This document shows, piece by piece, positions 44,603 through 58,739 of a stretch of DNA of 64,000 nt. Origin of the DNA: Leptogorgia sarmentosa (lineage: Eukaryota); NCBI GenBank assembly GCA_964658305.1, contig OZ210885.1, forward strand, positions 12,462,001-12,526,000. Direction: 5' to 3'. Each line of letters starts with the position of its first letter. Positions within the stretch are counted from its first letter, which is position 1. The notes under the pieces were generated by a model, which ran no database searches, was not told the origin of the DNA, and was given only the letters and a program-made list of their open reading frames with translations. The translations under genes were made by a program, and so were the position numbers.

Positions 44603-45744
44603 ATAGGTAGCCCAACAAGCCGCACGCATGACGTAACATTCAGTCAGGATTCAGTAGTATAAGGGACCCTTCATTGAATATGTCGCAGAGAGGCGGGTAG
44701 AATATAGGGGGGTTGTACGATTTTTAAGGTATATTGGGGGGTGGGGAGGGGGCAATAAGAATTTTAAGTGGTAAAGAGGGGGGGGGGGGCATATAAATTT
44801 CTGGTACAGCCTGCAAACTTATAACAAAAAGGTAGATTACAATGACATAACACAGGATGAAAAATCAGATTTGCAATACATAGGCAACCTTGTGCCAATT
44901 TGCAAATGCTGTGAAGGCAACAATTCCTAGTAGAAACGACAAACTATTTCCTTGGTCGTTTCTACGTTTCGCCGAATTCGAAATCAAAGAGATTCATCGG
45001 CCTTGCTGTTTACATGGTTAAATCGTATTATTCAAAGCGCAACAGCCAGTTAAATTTCGATCACCCTTTTGTACTCGCACTTTCCAAATTCGCGTTAACT
45101 GGGAGTAGGGAGGGGGGGGGGGGTTATACAATTTCCGCTCTCCCTTCGCGGGGGGGGGGGGGTGGCAGACGATTTTCTTCTGATATTTAGGGGGGTGGGC
45201 GTATGATTTTGTTTAGGATTATGAAAAGTTTACCGGTCCCCCCTCCGACATATTAAATGAACGGTCCCTAATATGATAAGGTTGGCAAGTAAATAATAAT
45301 ATCACTCACTACGGCTTAAAATAAGTCGAAAAAATCTACGTCTCGTAAACAAACTTGCCTAAAAATCGCAGGCCCTGCTTCTAGGAGCAATCCTATTGGT
45401 GGGCTGTTATGTCGGTCTTTTTATAACCAATAGGATTGCGTATTGGTCATTTCAAACGGCAATTTTGCAAGACAACAGGCATCTAGCTTCGAGACACGCC
45501 AATTTCAAAGAAACCTTTCGTTTTTTTCGACTTTTTCACTCGTTTTGTAACCAGAAAACGTTGTACATATTTAGTAATACTATCCTCGAAGTAGGGGCTG
45601 CCATTTTTTAGCGAAGTTTGTTCACGAGACGTTGACTTTTTCGACTTGTTTTGAGCGGTAGTGACTGATATTTTTTACTTGCCAACCTTACCATATTTTA
45701 CTACTGCATGCTACGTCATGCGTGCGGCTTGTAGGGCTACCTAT
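44603..45744. mobile_element. Foldback element interrupted by a Harbinger-like MITE
   Basis: TIR ATAGGTAGCCC.ACAAGCCGCACGCATGACGTA; the left arm continues at 45272 and mirrors 45583-45744. Confidence 0.75.
44663..45268. mobile_element. Harbinger/PIF-like MITE
   Basis: TAA|GGGACC.TTCATT.AATATGTCG...CGACATATT.AATGAA.GGTCCC|TAA. Confidence 0.78.
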
Positions 45745-46718
45745 ATTCATATGTAACCACTGCGTACCTAGTTTTGTAATTCCGCTATCCGATTGTTGTT
45801 CGTAAGATCTTCGTAGATTGTCGTCACTTCTTCCAATAATGACGTCATGTTATTTTGAGGCTCGGGGAATTTAGCAGAAGAGGCGTCTAGTCTTCTTGCT
45901 GGAATTTCAGAAGGTATTTTACAACATCAACAGAAATTTATTGCTTATCTTTCGAACAAGATTCGAAATCGTTCTAAAATCTTTCGTTGTTTGGTTTCAC
46001 GGACACAGAAAAGTCGCAATTCAAGGTAAATATTGTTACAATTTGAACTTTCATTTACGGTCAGTTACATTTTATTCAACTTGAGACATTATCTTGTGAT
46101 CATTGCAGTATGTTTTATTAAAGACATTGATGCAATCTTATATTGAAATTTCTCTGTCTTCTGGCAAATTTGTCGTACTTTGGTTATATTGCATTTTATT
46201 TGTTTCATTTGATGAAATCAAAGTGCTTGTAAAATATACAGTCATGTAGTACTGTTGATTTATGATGAATATGAAAGTAAACATATTTTCATGTATGCCA
46301 TTAGATTATTGTGGGTTTATTATGTCATAGATAATATTGATTGTCTCATTAATTTGAGAGGCCTTTGTTGATTCCGTGTCGTTCAAATGATTTAGTTAAT
46401 GTGCAGTCCACAGTAATGTCATGCATTCTATAATGATGCACAAATGCGGAAGATAATTGCCAGATAACCTGTACTGATTTTTAGTAATAATATGTCTTGT
46501 GTCTTTGAATGCAAATCATAGAGTACACCTGTTGAGATTGCAACCGGAAACAGTAAAGGGAAAATCATCAACTATTAGTGCTGTGTGCCTTAGTGTTCAA
46601 AGCAGAGCAGAGCACCAGCATCATACAGACATAGGTTTGTTTCCTGGCAGGGAATCTTATAGTTGATGAATTATTCTCAACTGCCCCTTGTTGGGATTTT
46701 AACATTCCCTCATGTGTA

Positions 46719-46933
46719 CAGGGGCGCTGGAGCAACAAGGGCAACTGATTGTAACAACCGGCTGCCCTAACATTGCGAGGGCAACTGATTCACATGTGAA
46801 CAAAAAACCCACATGAAATGACATTTGTAGGACTGTAACCCTATGGAACCCCACACAGGGGTTCTTACTGGACACTTTAGTGCCCTTTCCACAAAGCTTT
46901 CCCTGCCGCATTTCAGTCCATCTGGCGCCCCTG
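46719..46933. mobile_element. hAT-like MITE
   Basis: CAGGGGCGC/GCGCCCCTG TIRs; TSD CATGTGTA/CACGTGTA. Confidence 0.65.
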
Positions 46934-49900
46934 CACGTGTATAATTTTTACTCAATATTAAGACACATTAACTCCCCTCAAAATTTTTCACATTGAGACG
47001 TTGAGTGAAGTTCTATAAAACCATCTTGATTTACCGTCAACCTATACTGATGTTATATTTCAGTGCAAATTTCAAATGACAATTGAATTTAGGTTGTGTT
47101 TACCTGATTTAGATCAGACCTACATATTTCATTTGTGTTTTGAAATCATAAGGCTGATAAGGGATTGGATTAGATTTGACTACATCAATCTGAATTGAGT
47201 TACAACTCACTCCGGATTGAGTCCATTTTGATTTTGATTTCAATCTGGATGGATTGAATTGCTGATTGAAAATAATGCATTGAATGTGAAATCCTAATTT
47301 TATTGCAGAAAGAATATGACTGGGCCTGAAACTGCAAAACAAATCATGCATGTTTTTTGCCCACATGTTTTCATTCCTTAATTTCCATTTTGCATGTACA
47401 TAAACTGTCAAGCTAGACATGAGTTTCTTTCTGCCACTTACTGGAAAAATCCTCCTGCCTCTCGCACATTTTACTTTAATTTTCATTGTCAGATTTGTTA
47501 GCTTATGATAAGTTTTATAAACTGTTTGAATCTATAAAACCTGACTGTCAGGAATTGTAACCATGAGATCCCAGACCAGCATTCTGACCGACCGAGCTAT
47601 AGAAGTCACTTGTTGAGTAATAACTTTAAGTTCATGTAGATTTATCTTGTATTTGTGCAGATGGTTGGTTGTTATTGCTCAGTTGTTATATAATACTGTC
47701 CAAACAAAATCAAACTGCCACAGATACTGCCAAAGAACATTAAGTGTTTTACTTCCCATCCCTGGTCATGATCAGGTCTTAAACATGGTAGCTACAGTAT
47801 ATATAATCCTCACATTGATTATCTCATTTATGATATATTCCTGTACTTTGCTGATAGCTTAGAGTATAGATGGGGGGTGGGGGAGAACAAGGGGAGGGGG
47901 CACTGATTTTTTAGTTTGGGTCATGTTATAATAAAGTAGACCACAACATTTAGTTGTCTATGAAACATCAATGGAATTGTTGATTTCTTGTCAAAATTAA
48001 CACTGGCTCTGCCCCATTTTCTTATCTCCTTATAGAAATGTGATTGGTTCAGCTGTTGACATCATCCAACAACAATACATAGGGTGAAAAACTTGATTTT
48101 CAACCTGAAACAAGGCTTCCAAATTAGAACATTTTGTTTCCTGAGATTATAAAATAAATTAAGGTAAGTTAATTGTCCAGTAACAAACTTCAGAATTTGG
48201 TCAGTATTACCAGCGGATAACAGAATCGACAAGCATGAGATGCTCCTTGATCGAGAATCAGTGTTGATAGTTAAGGAAAAGTGCACATATTATTTTTATG
48301 AGGGTGAACATGTTAACATCTTTGTTGTCAATGGTTTTCCAATATGGTCTTTATTTTAGTCACCTACATATATAGATTACTTAATGCAATTGTATATAAC
48401 CCCATGTGTCCCCCAAGTTGTTCAAAATGTCAAACCTTGTTGTATATCATTTAATGTGTCTAGATAGGGGGGGGGGGGCTGGTTGTCGATAAGTGATTAC
48501 ATGTTCAGTCATCGCAATTAGGATTTCATTTTTTGTGGGTAGTTTCTCTCCTTTTGTATCGTTATCTCCTTTTGTATCTGTATTTCTAAATCTTCATGAT
48601 TTTGCTGGATCTTCCCATTCTGTTGCCATAAATTACCCATGATCCGAGATCTTGTGCCATGCTCTTGCCAAGATTGTATTATCATTCAGTCATGATCTTG
48701 TAAGTTCCTGGCATAACACATGTTAAAGGCCTCGACAAAATTTTCCCAAAATGTTGCAAGATTCATGGAAGATTTATCTTCATAACGTCTCATAATCTTT
48801 CTGGATCATCACATGTTGTTGTTGGCAAAAACAAGCATGGGAAAAGTGGTCTGATGCTTAAAATGTATATACAGATGTATACGGATGTATATATGGTGAA
48901 TGTATTTCTATCGTATGCCTTCTGGTGATGAATAGTGGCAGTGCTTGTATTTACTGATGAATTTTGAAATCTTCTTTAATTCTGAATGTGTGTACTTGCT
49001 GTCCACCACGAAACGAAAGGCAAAAACCATATTTATTTGCGTTTGTAGGGAGTTCAATTCAAATTTGTCATCTGAGTTCAACGTTAAATTCAACTTTTCT
49101 GATGGTAGGATCGTATTAACGTAGAAAGGTATGTAAGAAACAACATTGAAGATTATGGAATCCTTTATTTTAAGCATTTGAATAAGGCCCTTAATCGAGC
49201 AAAACGAGCATCACTATTGATTACACCGATATTCTTCTGTCTCGCGTTTCCCGGGAGTCTGCAAGTATTCTACTGTGCACTTGAGGCCATCCTTATTGTA
49301 CACTAAATCTTGTTTCACTGCTACAATATTTAAATAATTGCTACTATCACTGTTGTGCGAAGACTCTCGATTGACATGTTTGTACCATATCCAACAAGAA
49401 ATTTTTTGCCAAAAATACACATCCTAATAGATCAAAGTAATGAAACTTTTTTTTGACTTCATGATATATTTCTGATTTCTCTAGGAACAATCTTTACTCC
49501 GGTCGCCTCTTGTGGAAATCAACCTAAGTTTTTGGTAAGTGTGTTAGTATATAATTTTTCAACGACTTATCTATCTATCTAGTACCTCTGCAAAACGGAC
49601 ATTGTTGGTATTTTAGTTTTTTGATGTGTTGGCGTAACCTATAGCTAAAATATGTAGTGTTGGTTGACCTCATTCATCGTCCGTAATTCATCAACTATTT
49701 TAAATCCTCGCTTCGACATCCCCAGACACGGTTGATCCTACGAGATCATGTCGAGATTCCTTCATGATTCAGTCGTGATTTGTAAGCGGACAACTTTAGT
49801 GTAAAAAAGAGTAACTTAAGTGTAAAAAAGAGTAAGCGGACAACTTTATTCGAACGCTTGAACTGCTGTAGTTGGAGAAAACAGCCCCAATTATTGGCCA

Positions 49901-50533
49901 AAATCCACCTGTGTGCAAGCGTTGCTTAACTCATTCACGAGATCCGAAGCAATTCACAACACTATACAAATTTCACAACATTAAATTTCTAATATTTTTT
50001 TCATTTTCGGACCATTTATATCATTTTTCGCCGCTTCTCTTCAAATTCTTTACCATGCGATGCTTACGTGCCTTAGATTTACTGTAAGAGTGTAATTATT
50101 GCGCGAACCACTGAGTATTTTCATGAAATACACTACAACGGTAACTCCGAATAACGTATAAGCATTTTGATTCAACGTTTCGACTTCATTTAGTCATCTT
50201 CAGGATTAGGATTGGGATGTGATTTTTATCTAAGTTTGTTGGCCAATGTTTTAGGGAATCCGTTGTGACGCGAAATTCCTGACTTGCTAAATACATGATT
50301 ATCGCAGTTCTGCACATGCGCAAATGATGTGCGTTATCCACGCTGGCTCATGAATTTCGCAACTGCTGAAGCTACAACAACACGTTTTACTTTGAAAGAG
50401 ATTTTTAAGTGATTTTCCTACAAAAATTCTTTACGAATGGCTACAAATTCAAGTACGGCATCTGTTGCTGACTGTGCTAGTGTTGAAGTAGCGAAGCATC
50501 AATCGAAAGTCTGTTTCGCGAACAGCCCACGGC

Positions 50534-52119
50534 TATGGCGTCATATCACCGCCAATATCCATGTATATCATGCTTTCGACATTGAAGTAAAATAGGACAT
50601 TCAGCACCTACGTGCTTTCGACATTGAGCATAAATCTGACATTGAACATGCATTACATTCAACATATTTTCGACATTGAAGTAAAATAGGACATCAACCG
50701 GATCAGTCCTTATTAATGAATCCCTTATCCTGTCATGTTGCACCCGATGTCCTTTGCCCATAAGAAAGCCCTTTGTCAAGCGAATGCCAATGTTAGGATT
50801 CCTATTCTGTGCTTCCCTTACAAGTAGATCAAGCTGCTCATTACTAATGATGCTATAAGTAGCTGTAAAATTCAAGGGGGAAAAATATATAAATTATGGA
50901 AAAAACATAAATTAATTAGTGATAATAATTTGTGTGTAAAATATTTTAAAAACTAGGGAAACAATGCATTAAATTATAACAAAATATTAAAATGGATAGT
51001 CTGTGTACATCATCACTGATATACAGTGACATAGTTGTGTTGTGTGTCATTTTCCACATATAATTGTGATATAATATTATGTACTGGTACTTAATTAGCA
51101 CATGTAGATTTATTAATCTACAGAACTGGACGAATAGACAATATTTTGTGGAAAATGATTTCTATCCATAAAGTATACATAACTTACCAGTAACACTTAA
51201 GCCAAATGATTGCATCCTACGTTCCAATGTTCTTTTGCCAACCCCCAACATGTTGCTCATTTCATTCACATTAAAACCCTGCTCCAACAAAAAGTTTACT
51301 TGCTCTCCGTTTATATCAAACGAAGGTTTTCCACGCCTGCCAGTATATATTTTTCTCGGACCCGTGCTATTCCTGGAGGCATTAAAACGTTGCTCGCATT
51401 GATGTAATGCCTGGTAGGCCGTGTCAACCAACTCAAATGTCCTGTCATCGATACCAACATTGACAAAATATCTCTTAAGTACGTCAAGCCTTAAAGTTAT
51501 TCCCTCAAAACAATCCGGGTCATTTAAAGAATCTAACCTGTATATTAGGTCTTCAACAGTGTTTAAGGCAGTAACTAGATCAGCAGTTTCGATCGGTCCT
51601 ACTGTATCCCCACGAGGCAGTACTGCTCCAGCCTCCGCCATCTTGTTCAAGAGGGCGGAGGCCGGAGCAGTACTAGTGATTTGGCAGGGGGGTTGTCTTG
51701 TGTTAGCTTAATTAATATTGGCGGAGATTTGACGCTATCGTTTAACTCCGCCAATATTCAACATGTGATGATTTTTTTTCAACATATTTTGAACGTTGAA
51801 GTTGCGATGGGTGCTAAATTCGCGGCATGTTCAATGTCCGGTTTAACTTCAATGTCAAAACCACATGGGTGTTCAATGTCTTATTTGACTTCAATGTCGA
51901 AAATATGTTGAATGTTCTGTCCTATTTATCTTCAATGTCGAAAGCACGTAGGTGCTGAATGTCCTATTTTACTTCAATGTCGAAAATATGTTGAATGTAA
52001 TGCATGTTCAATGTCAGATTTATTCTCAATGTCGAAAGCACGTAGGTGCTGAATGTCCTATTTTACTTCAATGTCGAAAGCATGATATACATGAATATTG
52101 GCGGTGATATGACGCCATA
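50534..52119 (-). mobile_element. IS3EU-like DNA transposon, internally deleted
   Basis: TAT...ATA termini, ~160-bp TIRs, perfect 6-bp TSD CACGGC (50528-50533 and 52120-52125), and a transposase N-terminal fragment. Confidence 0.75.
50697..51641 (-). pseudogene. Truncated HTH-containing transposase (exons 51641-51188 and 50862-~50697)
   Basis: GRRGKPSFDI...MSNMLGVGKRTLERRM HTH, then YSIISNEQLD...RVQHDRIRDSL..TDP; phase-1 intron; the catalytic core is absent. Confidence 0.7.
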
Positions 52120-52790
52120 CACGGCCTATATTAAACTCATTGAGTTGTTTCTATCTAATTTAACTAGTTGGTGGTGCGTATATTGTGCGTATGTTGAAAT
52201 ATCTTCATATCAGTATGGTTGTATGAATGATTCAATGTCATTGACATTGTGCATTTGTAGTTCAAATAATTTACTGAACAGTCAAAACTGATTTGAAAAT
52301 ATTTAAACTTTTCCTTATAAAACCGCAGCTTAAAACTAGAGCATAGCGATCTACCTTACAATGGTATCCGAAGATACCTACATAGGTAGGCCTAAAACGC
52401 GTTATACTAGTATAATATTTATACTAGTATCTAGTATAAACTTTTTTTTGCAAATATATTCTATATGCAAAATATATTTCTATTTATTTATTATTCATTT
52501 CCCGTGAAGTCGCAGATTGTTTACTGACTATACTCTATATAAAGTATAATCGATAAAAAACACATATATTCCCGATTGTTTTGTAATATCAGAAATATCA
52601 AATTGATTCTAGCTTCGGTGTTCGATACAATACATTATTATAGCATTAAACACGATATAAACCGAGATGTGAGCCAAGAAAAGTGGTTTTGATTGAGGTT
52701 TTCATCGGGTCAGGTATTTCGCAAGCGTCATGTATTTCCCGCCTACATACGCGAAATACATGAGCCGTCACGCTTGGTCAAGAATTTCGC

Positions 52791-53279
52791 TTGACACCGT
52801 TCCAAGACATAAATTTGCGAATTTTCGTTATCTACCAACATACCACTTCACAGCGAAAACACCATACGACCACACTTTACGGCGAAAACACCATAAAACT
52901 GATCCTTGATGATTGTACCAAAACTCAATTTTCCGTCAACGGTGATCTTTATAAACAATTTCGAGTTTCGATGGGTTCGCCTTTAAGTCCAACTTTAGCT
53001 AACATCATCATGATGGCATTAGAAGACGAAATAATAAAAGACCTTTTCGAAAACGATACTATAAAATTCTATATAAGATATGTTGATGACACACAAGTTT
53101 TGGCCAAACCGTCTGATATTAACTGGATTTTAAATAAACTGAACAGCTACCATCCGGATATGCAGTTCACGCATGAAGAGTTCGTCGATAACGAGGTAAA
53201 TTTTTTGGATATCGTATTAACATCTAACGGCACTTCGATTTTTCGTAAGAGCACACACACAGGCCAGTATATCCATTAA
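52791..53279 (+). pseudogene. Penelope-type reverse transcriptase fragment
   Basis: SMGSPLSPTLAN, IRYVDD, FLD and RKSTHTGQY motifs; N-terminus missing, premature stop. Confidence 0.85.
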
Positions 53280-53349
53280 TCTAGTTTTACTCCGTGGTCG
53301 TACAAAATTGCACGGATTAGGTCACTTGTGCATAGTACTTGCACTGTTT

Positions 53350-53516
53350 CGTGCAAAGATAAAACACCTAAGGAGTTTCAAAGTTCGGTGGTTTATAAAT
53401 TTTCATGTCCTGGGTGCGGCAAAACATACATAGGAAAGACAGACAGATGCCTCTATACAAGACTGAACGAACATGCAATCACAGACAAAAACTCAGAGAT
53501 TGATGAAAAACATTAA
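53350..53516 (+). pseudogene. GIY-YIG endonuclease fragment
   Basis: VVYKFSCPGCGKTYIGKTDRCLYTRLNEH. Confidence 0.85.
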
Positions 53517-53747
53517 CACTTGCGAACAATTTAACTATCTGAACCTACTGAACAACTGCAACATCATAGACAGGGCTAAGCATTGGTCAAATCGGCTGTT
53601 CAAAGAAAAAAATCATTCATCGACAAAAACCGGAACTGAATCATGGGACTAAAGCATCTAGAGAACTATCGGTTTTCTTCTGATTAGATATCAAATTACG
53701 TAGAGTATATATAACGCATGCACATGAAATAGAACCATTCCTGAATC

Positions 53748-53777
53748 CTGATGATGACTAAATAAAGTCGAAACGTT
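53748..53777 (+). ncRNA. Minimal hammerhead-ribozyme motif in the pLTR (second copy on the minus strand at ~50174-50203)
   Basis: CTGATGA-T-GACT(AAATAA)AGTC-GAAAC-GTT; the other copy has CTGAAGA; stem I pairing is imperfect. Confidence 0.6.
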
Positions 53778-55712
53778 GAATCAAAATGCTTACGTTATTC
53801 GGAGTTACCGTTGTTGTGTATTTCATGAAAATACTCAGTGTTTCCCGTAATTATCAGTAGGCTATGTATATGCATATTTCAGGATGGACAGGATATGTAA
53901 AAAGAACAATGTTTTACTTAAGTCTGATCATAGACGATTGTCTATGATCTAAGTGACTTTTAAGCGATTATTACATTAATATGGCACGGCTTGAATGACA
54001 CAAATAACGAAAGAAATATATTTAATCGTTGTCAGTTTACAACTATCCATAATATGCTCGAAATACGGAACACACTGCGAGACAACGAATATATGGAGAG
54101 ACAGCGTTGAGTGGTCAATACTTTCCATTCGTCTTACCAATTGAATAAATCTCGCTTGTCTGATTGTTTAAAACTGGGTTACTCATATAGATTATTTGCG
54201 ATAGCAAAGTAGGAAGTAAGATAGTATGATTAGGAAGTGATAGTATGATAGTCAGTTCGTTGGGCAAAGCTGAGAAATAATAAAAGTAATTCTGAAAACC
54301 ATAATCTTGTTGCCATGTTCATTCTCTCGGAAAGAGGTATATGGAAGACAGCGGAGATGCCATTTCCGACCATCAAGAGATTCCAAATTTCTAAAATTTT
54401 CTCGCTCAGGCTCAGCGCCAATCCTAGTTGCGGTGTATGACGTCTCGTGAGCTGCGGTTCCCATCCAAATAAAACCATTTTCTAACGCCCTGTTAACGTA
54501 TCATTTGGCCCGGCGAGAGAGGGGGCCAGTGGCCTGCTGCCCCCCCCCCCCGCCAAATTTTGCAGAGCAACGGGAATGAAAATTGTGTGCCTCTCTCGGT
54601 AACGTTAGGGCCGCCCCCTAATATTCCATAAGAAAGGGGCCAGAATACCTTTTGCTGCCGAATAATTATTTAATTTATCGTTATTGCAGCAAAATGTTTC
54701 AATTTATATGAGACCTCGATGATGGCATTTCTGACGATCTAGAGACCTCAACTTCTCAAAATTTTCTCGCTTCGCGCCTCGTCAGCTTAAACTATCTGTT
54801 GTGTTATTTTAGCCCTCTGAGCACACCAACCTTTCCCCCACCACTTCAAATTTCGTTCATCCAGGCCTGATCATTTAGTCTCCATTTTATTTACTAGCCC
54901 ACTCGTCGGGGAACATATCCCCTCCACCGGGGAGTTGCTGGCGCTACCCGTGAGCTTTACAGGTTATTCATAGGGCGGGGGGGGGGGGGGGAGCTAAAGT
55001 GTGGGTCTAAACGATGGGTCCAAATCGACAGTTTGCTCTGAAAATGGAATTTGAATGCTCGGCATTTGTTCTGCTCAAATCGCAATATTATACCTACTTT
55101 TATTTGGTAAATTTATTTCATAAAACCTGGTGCTTGTAATCCTATTTTCCCGTCCGGGAGACAAAGGCATTCTGCATTACATATCACCCCGCACAGATTA
55201 CTATCTTGTAAATCTGATGACCTGCTTTGGATTTTCCTCTCACCCCACGTCTTACCTACAAATTACTGAATAATTACATATAATTGTCAAAGGCAGTGGA
55301 TACTAGATTATGTCAACAAACAGCAAAAGTTCTACTAATTACCTAAATGTTAAACTAGGATTCGATGTTTTGTGCAATGGCCCTCGGGCATTTTAACACA
55401 CACTAATTCTTGACTATTGGACTTTGCTTGAAGCATTAATTCTTATTGCATTTGTTCAGCTAATGGGCAGAACTTTAGCTGCCTGTTGATGTTGTTATTC
55501 GGTAGCGGTACCTATATAGCTACTAGCCACATGTTGAAGTTTGTTACCAGATGATTCCATACAATTATTTTCAAAGAAACTTCTACTTTCACATTTTTGT
55601 AAAACACTTAAAATGTCAGAAAGTAATCATGTCTGTACTGTTTACAAAAGCTTTGTGCTTTGGTAGCTAAAATTGTAACACCATTATTTTATGTTTACTT
55701 CATAGAACGATA

Positions 55713-56298
55713 ATGATATCAGAGGAAGAACAACATTGGGTTTTAGTTGGCATTGCCTTTACCAAAGTTCTTGCACCTGCATTGAGGAAAGTTGTCGCCA
55801 CTGAACTTGGGAAATGGTATCATTCTTTATGCCAACCACCTGATGAAATTCAAAAGCAAGATTTCGCAGCATACAGAAGGAAGAAATTACCCCCTTCCAC
55901 ACATAACCTACAATATCAGAACATTAACAATAACATTATCCACAAGCCTACTAAATCAGCTTATGATTATGCTGTTAAAGATCCTGTCTCGTTGGCGAAA
56001 CTATTCGTCACGGACTTTATGGCACATTTCACTGGATTTGATAAAACCATGGATATGTCAGCACTTTTGACTATTATCGGCAAGGCAGACCCTTTTGTAT
56101 CATCTGGTGCTGCAGCTGAAGCAAACAAAGTTCGGTCGGACATCAGAAACCCATGGGCTCATTGTAACATCTCTGAATGGACAGTACATATGTTCAATGC
56201 CTCGTTTCAAGGAATGGAATCTTTGGTCAAAATATTAAATTTACCAATAGCTGACGAAAAAATAATTTGTGATGAACTAGATTTCTGGAATAAAACAG
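55713..56298 (+). CDS. Exon encoding a HEPN-like (RxxxxH) helical domain; probable N-terminus of the NB-ARC gene
   Basis: Open 195 codons, acceptor at 55705 and donor at 56299; D.SALL.II and IRNPWAH motifs. Confidence 0.65.
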
Positions 56299-58739
56299 GT
56301 ACTGTATTATTAGCATTATTGCCGGAATTTCATCATGCCTTTAAATATGTTTTGCGCAGATCATTTTTTATCTCCGGTAAGAAAACCCCCATGTGTTGAA
56401 AGAATTTCTCTTATTATTCATTTATTATTATTATTATCATCCAATTTTATTCATATATTACCATATATACAATTCAATGCGATTCTCAATACGATCAATC
56501 GTTGAAATTATATGGGGTCGAACAGGTAAAAAAAATTAAATTCTCCAATAGTGTAGCTATACTTTGAAACTTTACATAGAAATCTAGTGTTGAATTGGTG
56601 ACAGTGATTTATTTTTAGACCTTCATATAAGTGCAGAAGTTAAATGCCTTTAATACTGTATACAACATGATATACAGTATAGTACAACTAATATATGCTG
56701 ACATATGCATAAAATCAAAATTTTCACATGAATTAGACTTCGTAAATCGTACTAATTCCAGTTGGACATTTGTGTTCAAAACTTCAATCATTCAAAAGTC
56801 GGGAATGTTTAACGCAATTTTGCCAATTTTTTCATTTTAGTATTAGACACGCAAAATTGATAGACTTTTCTCGATAAGGATATAAATGCATGGGTAATAC
56901 TAAAATATACAAAATTTGAAAACTTTACAGGGTCATATTTTTCGCATTTTAAAACATTTCTCAACCAGAGAACTTACTTACGTTTTACTAACTTTGTGAT
57001 ACTCTTTAACGCTGTTGCTCTCGGATTGTACTATTTCGAAATTTTTCCATGTCTATATCATGCAAAAAATCTACTTTACTCAAAACGTCCAACCTATTTG
57101 CATTGTTTAGGTTGTGGGTAGGACATGTTCTGCTTGCTGATGTTGTTATTTCCTATCTACTACACTGGGCGCATATTGACGTTTGCTAATAACCACAGCA
57201 GACCATGCTTAGCAAATATATGGACAGCAAGGCATGCTTTTTCATGTATCCTTCGTGCTACGCGCATTAGCAGCGGTAGATTTATAGTGTTTGTGATACT
57301 GAAGATAAATTTTCTGCATTATTTCCAGACATTCTTGTTGATGGTCGTCACGCAAAACTAATTGCAGAAAGTGTAGCTGAACTTTGCCGTTGTATCAAAA
57401 ACTACGATTTGGACGCCACAAAGGTTTGAGGAACTTTTGATGTTTCATTTAACAGTCGTTGAAGAAGTAGGAAGACGCTGTTCAAATTAATATAAGACAT
57501 GTTTCAAATGCGAGCGAGTGCAAATTTTCAGCGTGGGAACGCAATCTGTGCTTTTTTTCGATAATGCTGTTTTTATGAGTTTTGCTTTACCCGTTAAACG
57601 TTGCAAGTCAAACATGTGCATACTTTTTTGGGGACACGTTTGCAATAGAATACTTAGAACGAAGCGTGTACTGATAAATAAAACACACTACATATCAATT
57701 ACTGATAAATAAAATACTCTTTTAGGGGGAAAAAAACTAGCCCAAGGGGCTCGGACAACCCATTAGGCAAAACAATTGAGGCATTCTCATAGGCAAGATA
57801 AACCTAAATTTTGATAGATAACAATTATTTTTCCTTGCAAAATTGCTATTCCAACGTTGAACTATAAATTTCTGAAAAGTTTACAAACTAGGAAACTTGC
57901 ATATCAGATTTCAATAGACCTTATGTATAATGTCGTCACAAAACTTTTAGCTCGTATTCGACTTTACATCTGTGTCGACTAAGCATTGAAATATTTCGTC
58001 CTCACAGTGACGTAAAAATTATTCGATGGCAATTCGAATATTTTGAGAAAAAAGGGCCAATTTATAAGAGAGGAAAAAATAGGTACGCATGTGGGTAGCC
58101 CGTAAAAGATCGGCGAAGCAATTTTCCCTTTCCCTAAAATCCCAACCATTAAAGTCAGGAAAATATTGATAAAGCTCAGACGGTTAAGAACACGGGCGTG
58201 CGTCGCAGTTCAAACAAAACAAGTCCACAGAATTTCCGTCTTCTCTCTTCAGCTAGCCACAATGCGTAGTTTCTGTCCCGAGGATTCTTGACTTGCTCGG
58301 TAATTGCCTTGAAGTTCTTCAGTAATTCTATTTAATTTGGGAATTAACTCTATAAGCGACTGGCTCCGGTTTCTCGCCTTTGCTGGGCGAGAGTTATAAC
58401 TCCATCGTTTATCGACTGGGAGTTTTATTTTCAGTTTGCCAAAGCACTAGCTCCAAATATAGAACGACTGTCTTTAAACTTCAGGATATCAGACCGCAGT
58501 TGATTCTTTTCAGTGTTGGAGCTTAGTTCACCCCGCGCTAGTTACTCTTCGTCACCTTTTTTTCATTCAAGAACTAACAATTTTACTTTACTCATCTCGC
58601 CTAAGATTCATTGTTTTCAGTCACCTCGATACACGCTTTCAATTCCAACTAATTCTTCTCGAATCCTTGTGTGGCCCTGCCCTCTTTACTTGTCAGGTCG
58701 TCCTCGGTTCATATATATTGTCTCATCTTAATCTCTAAT

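Larger units (their letters stand above)
50109..53840 (+). mobile_element. Decayed Penelope-like retroelement with inverted pseudo-LTRs
   Basis: ~100-bp inverted repeats at 50109-50207 and 53744-53840; RT and GIY-YIG remnants lie between them. Confidence 0.8.

Noticed and set aside
45900..49540. Possible upstream exons of the NB-ARC gene (donor at ~46026; exon 49485-49534)
   Set aside because: The splice-like signals are plausible but there is no coding or homology support without RNA data.
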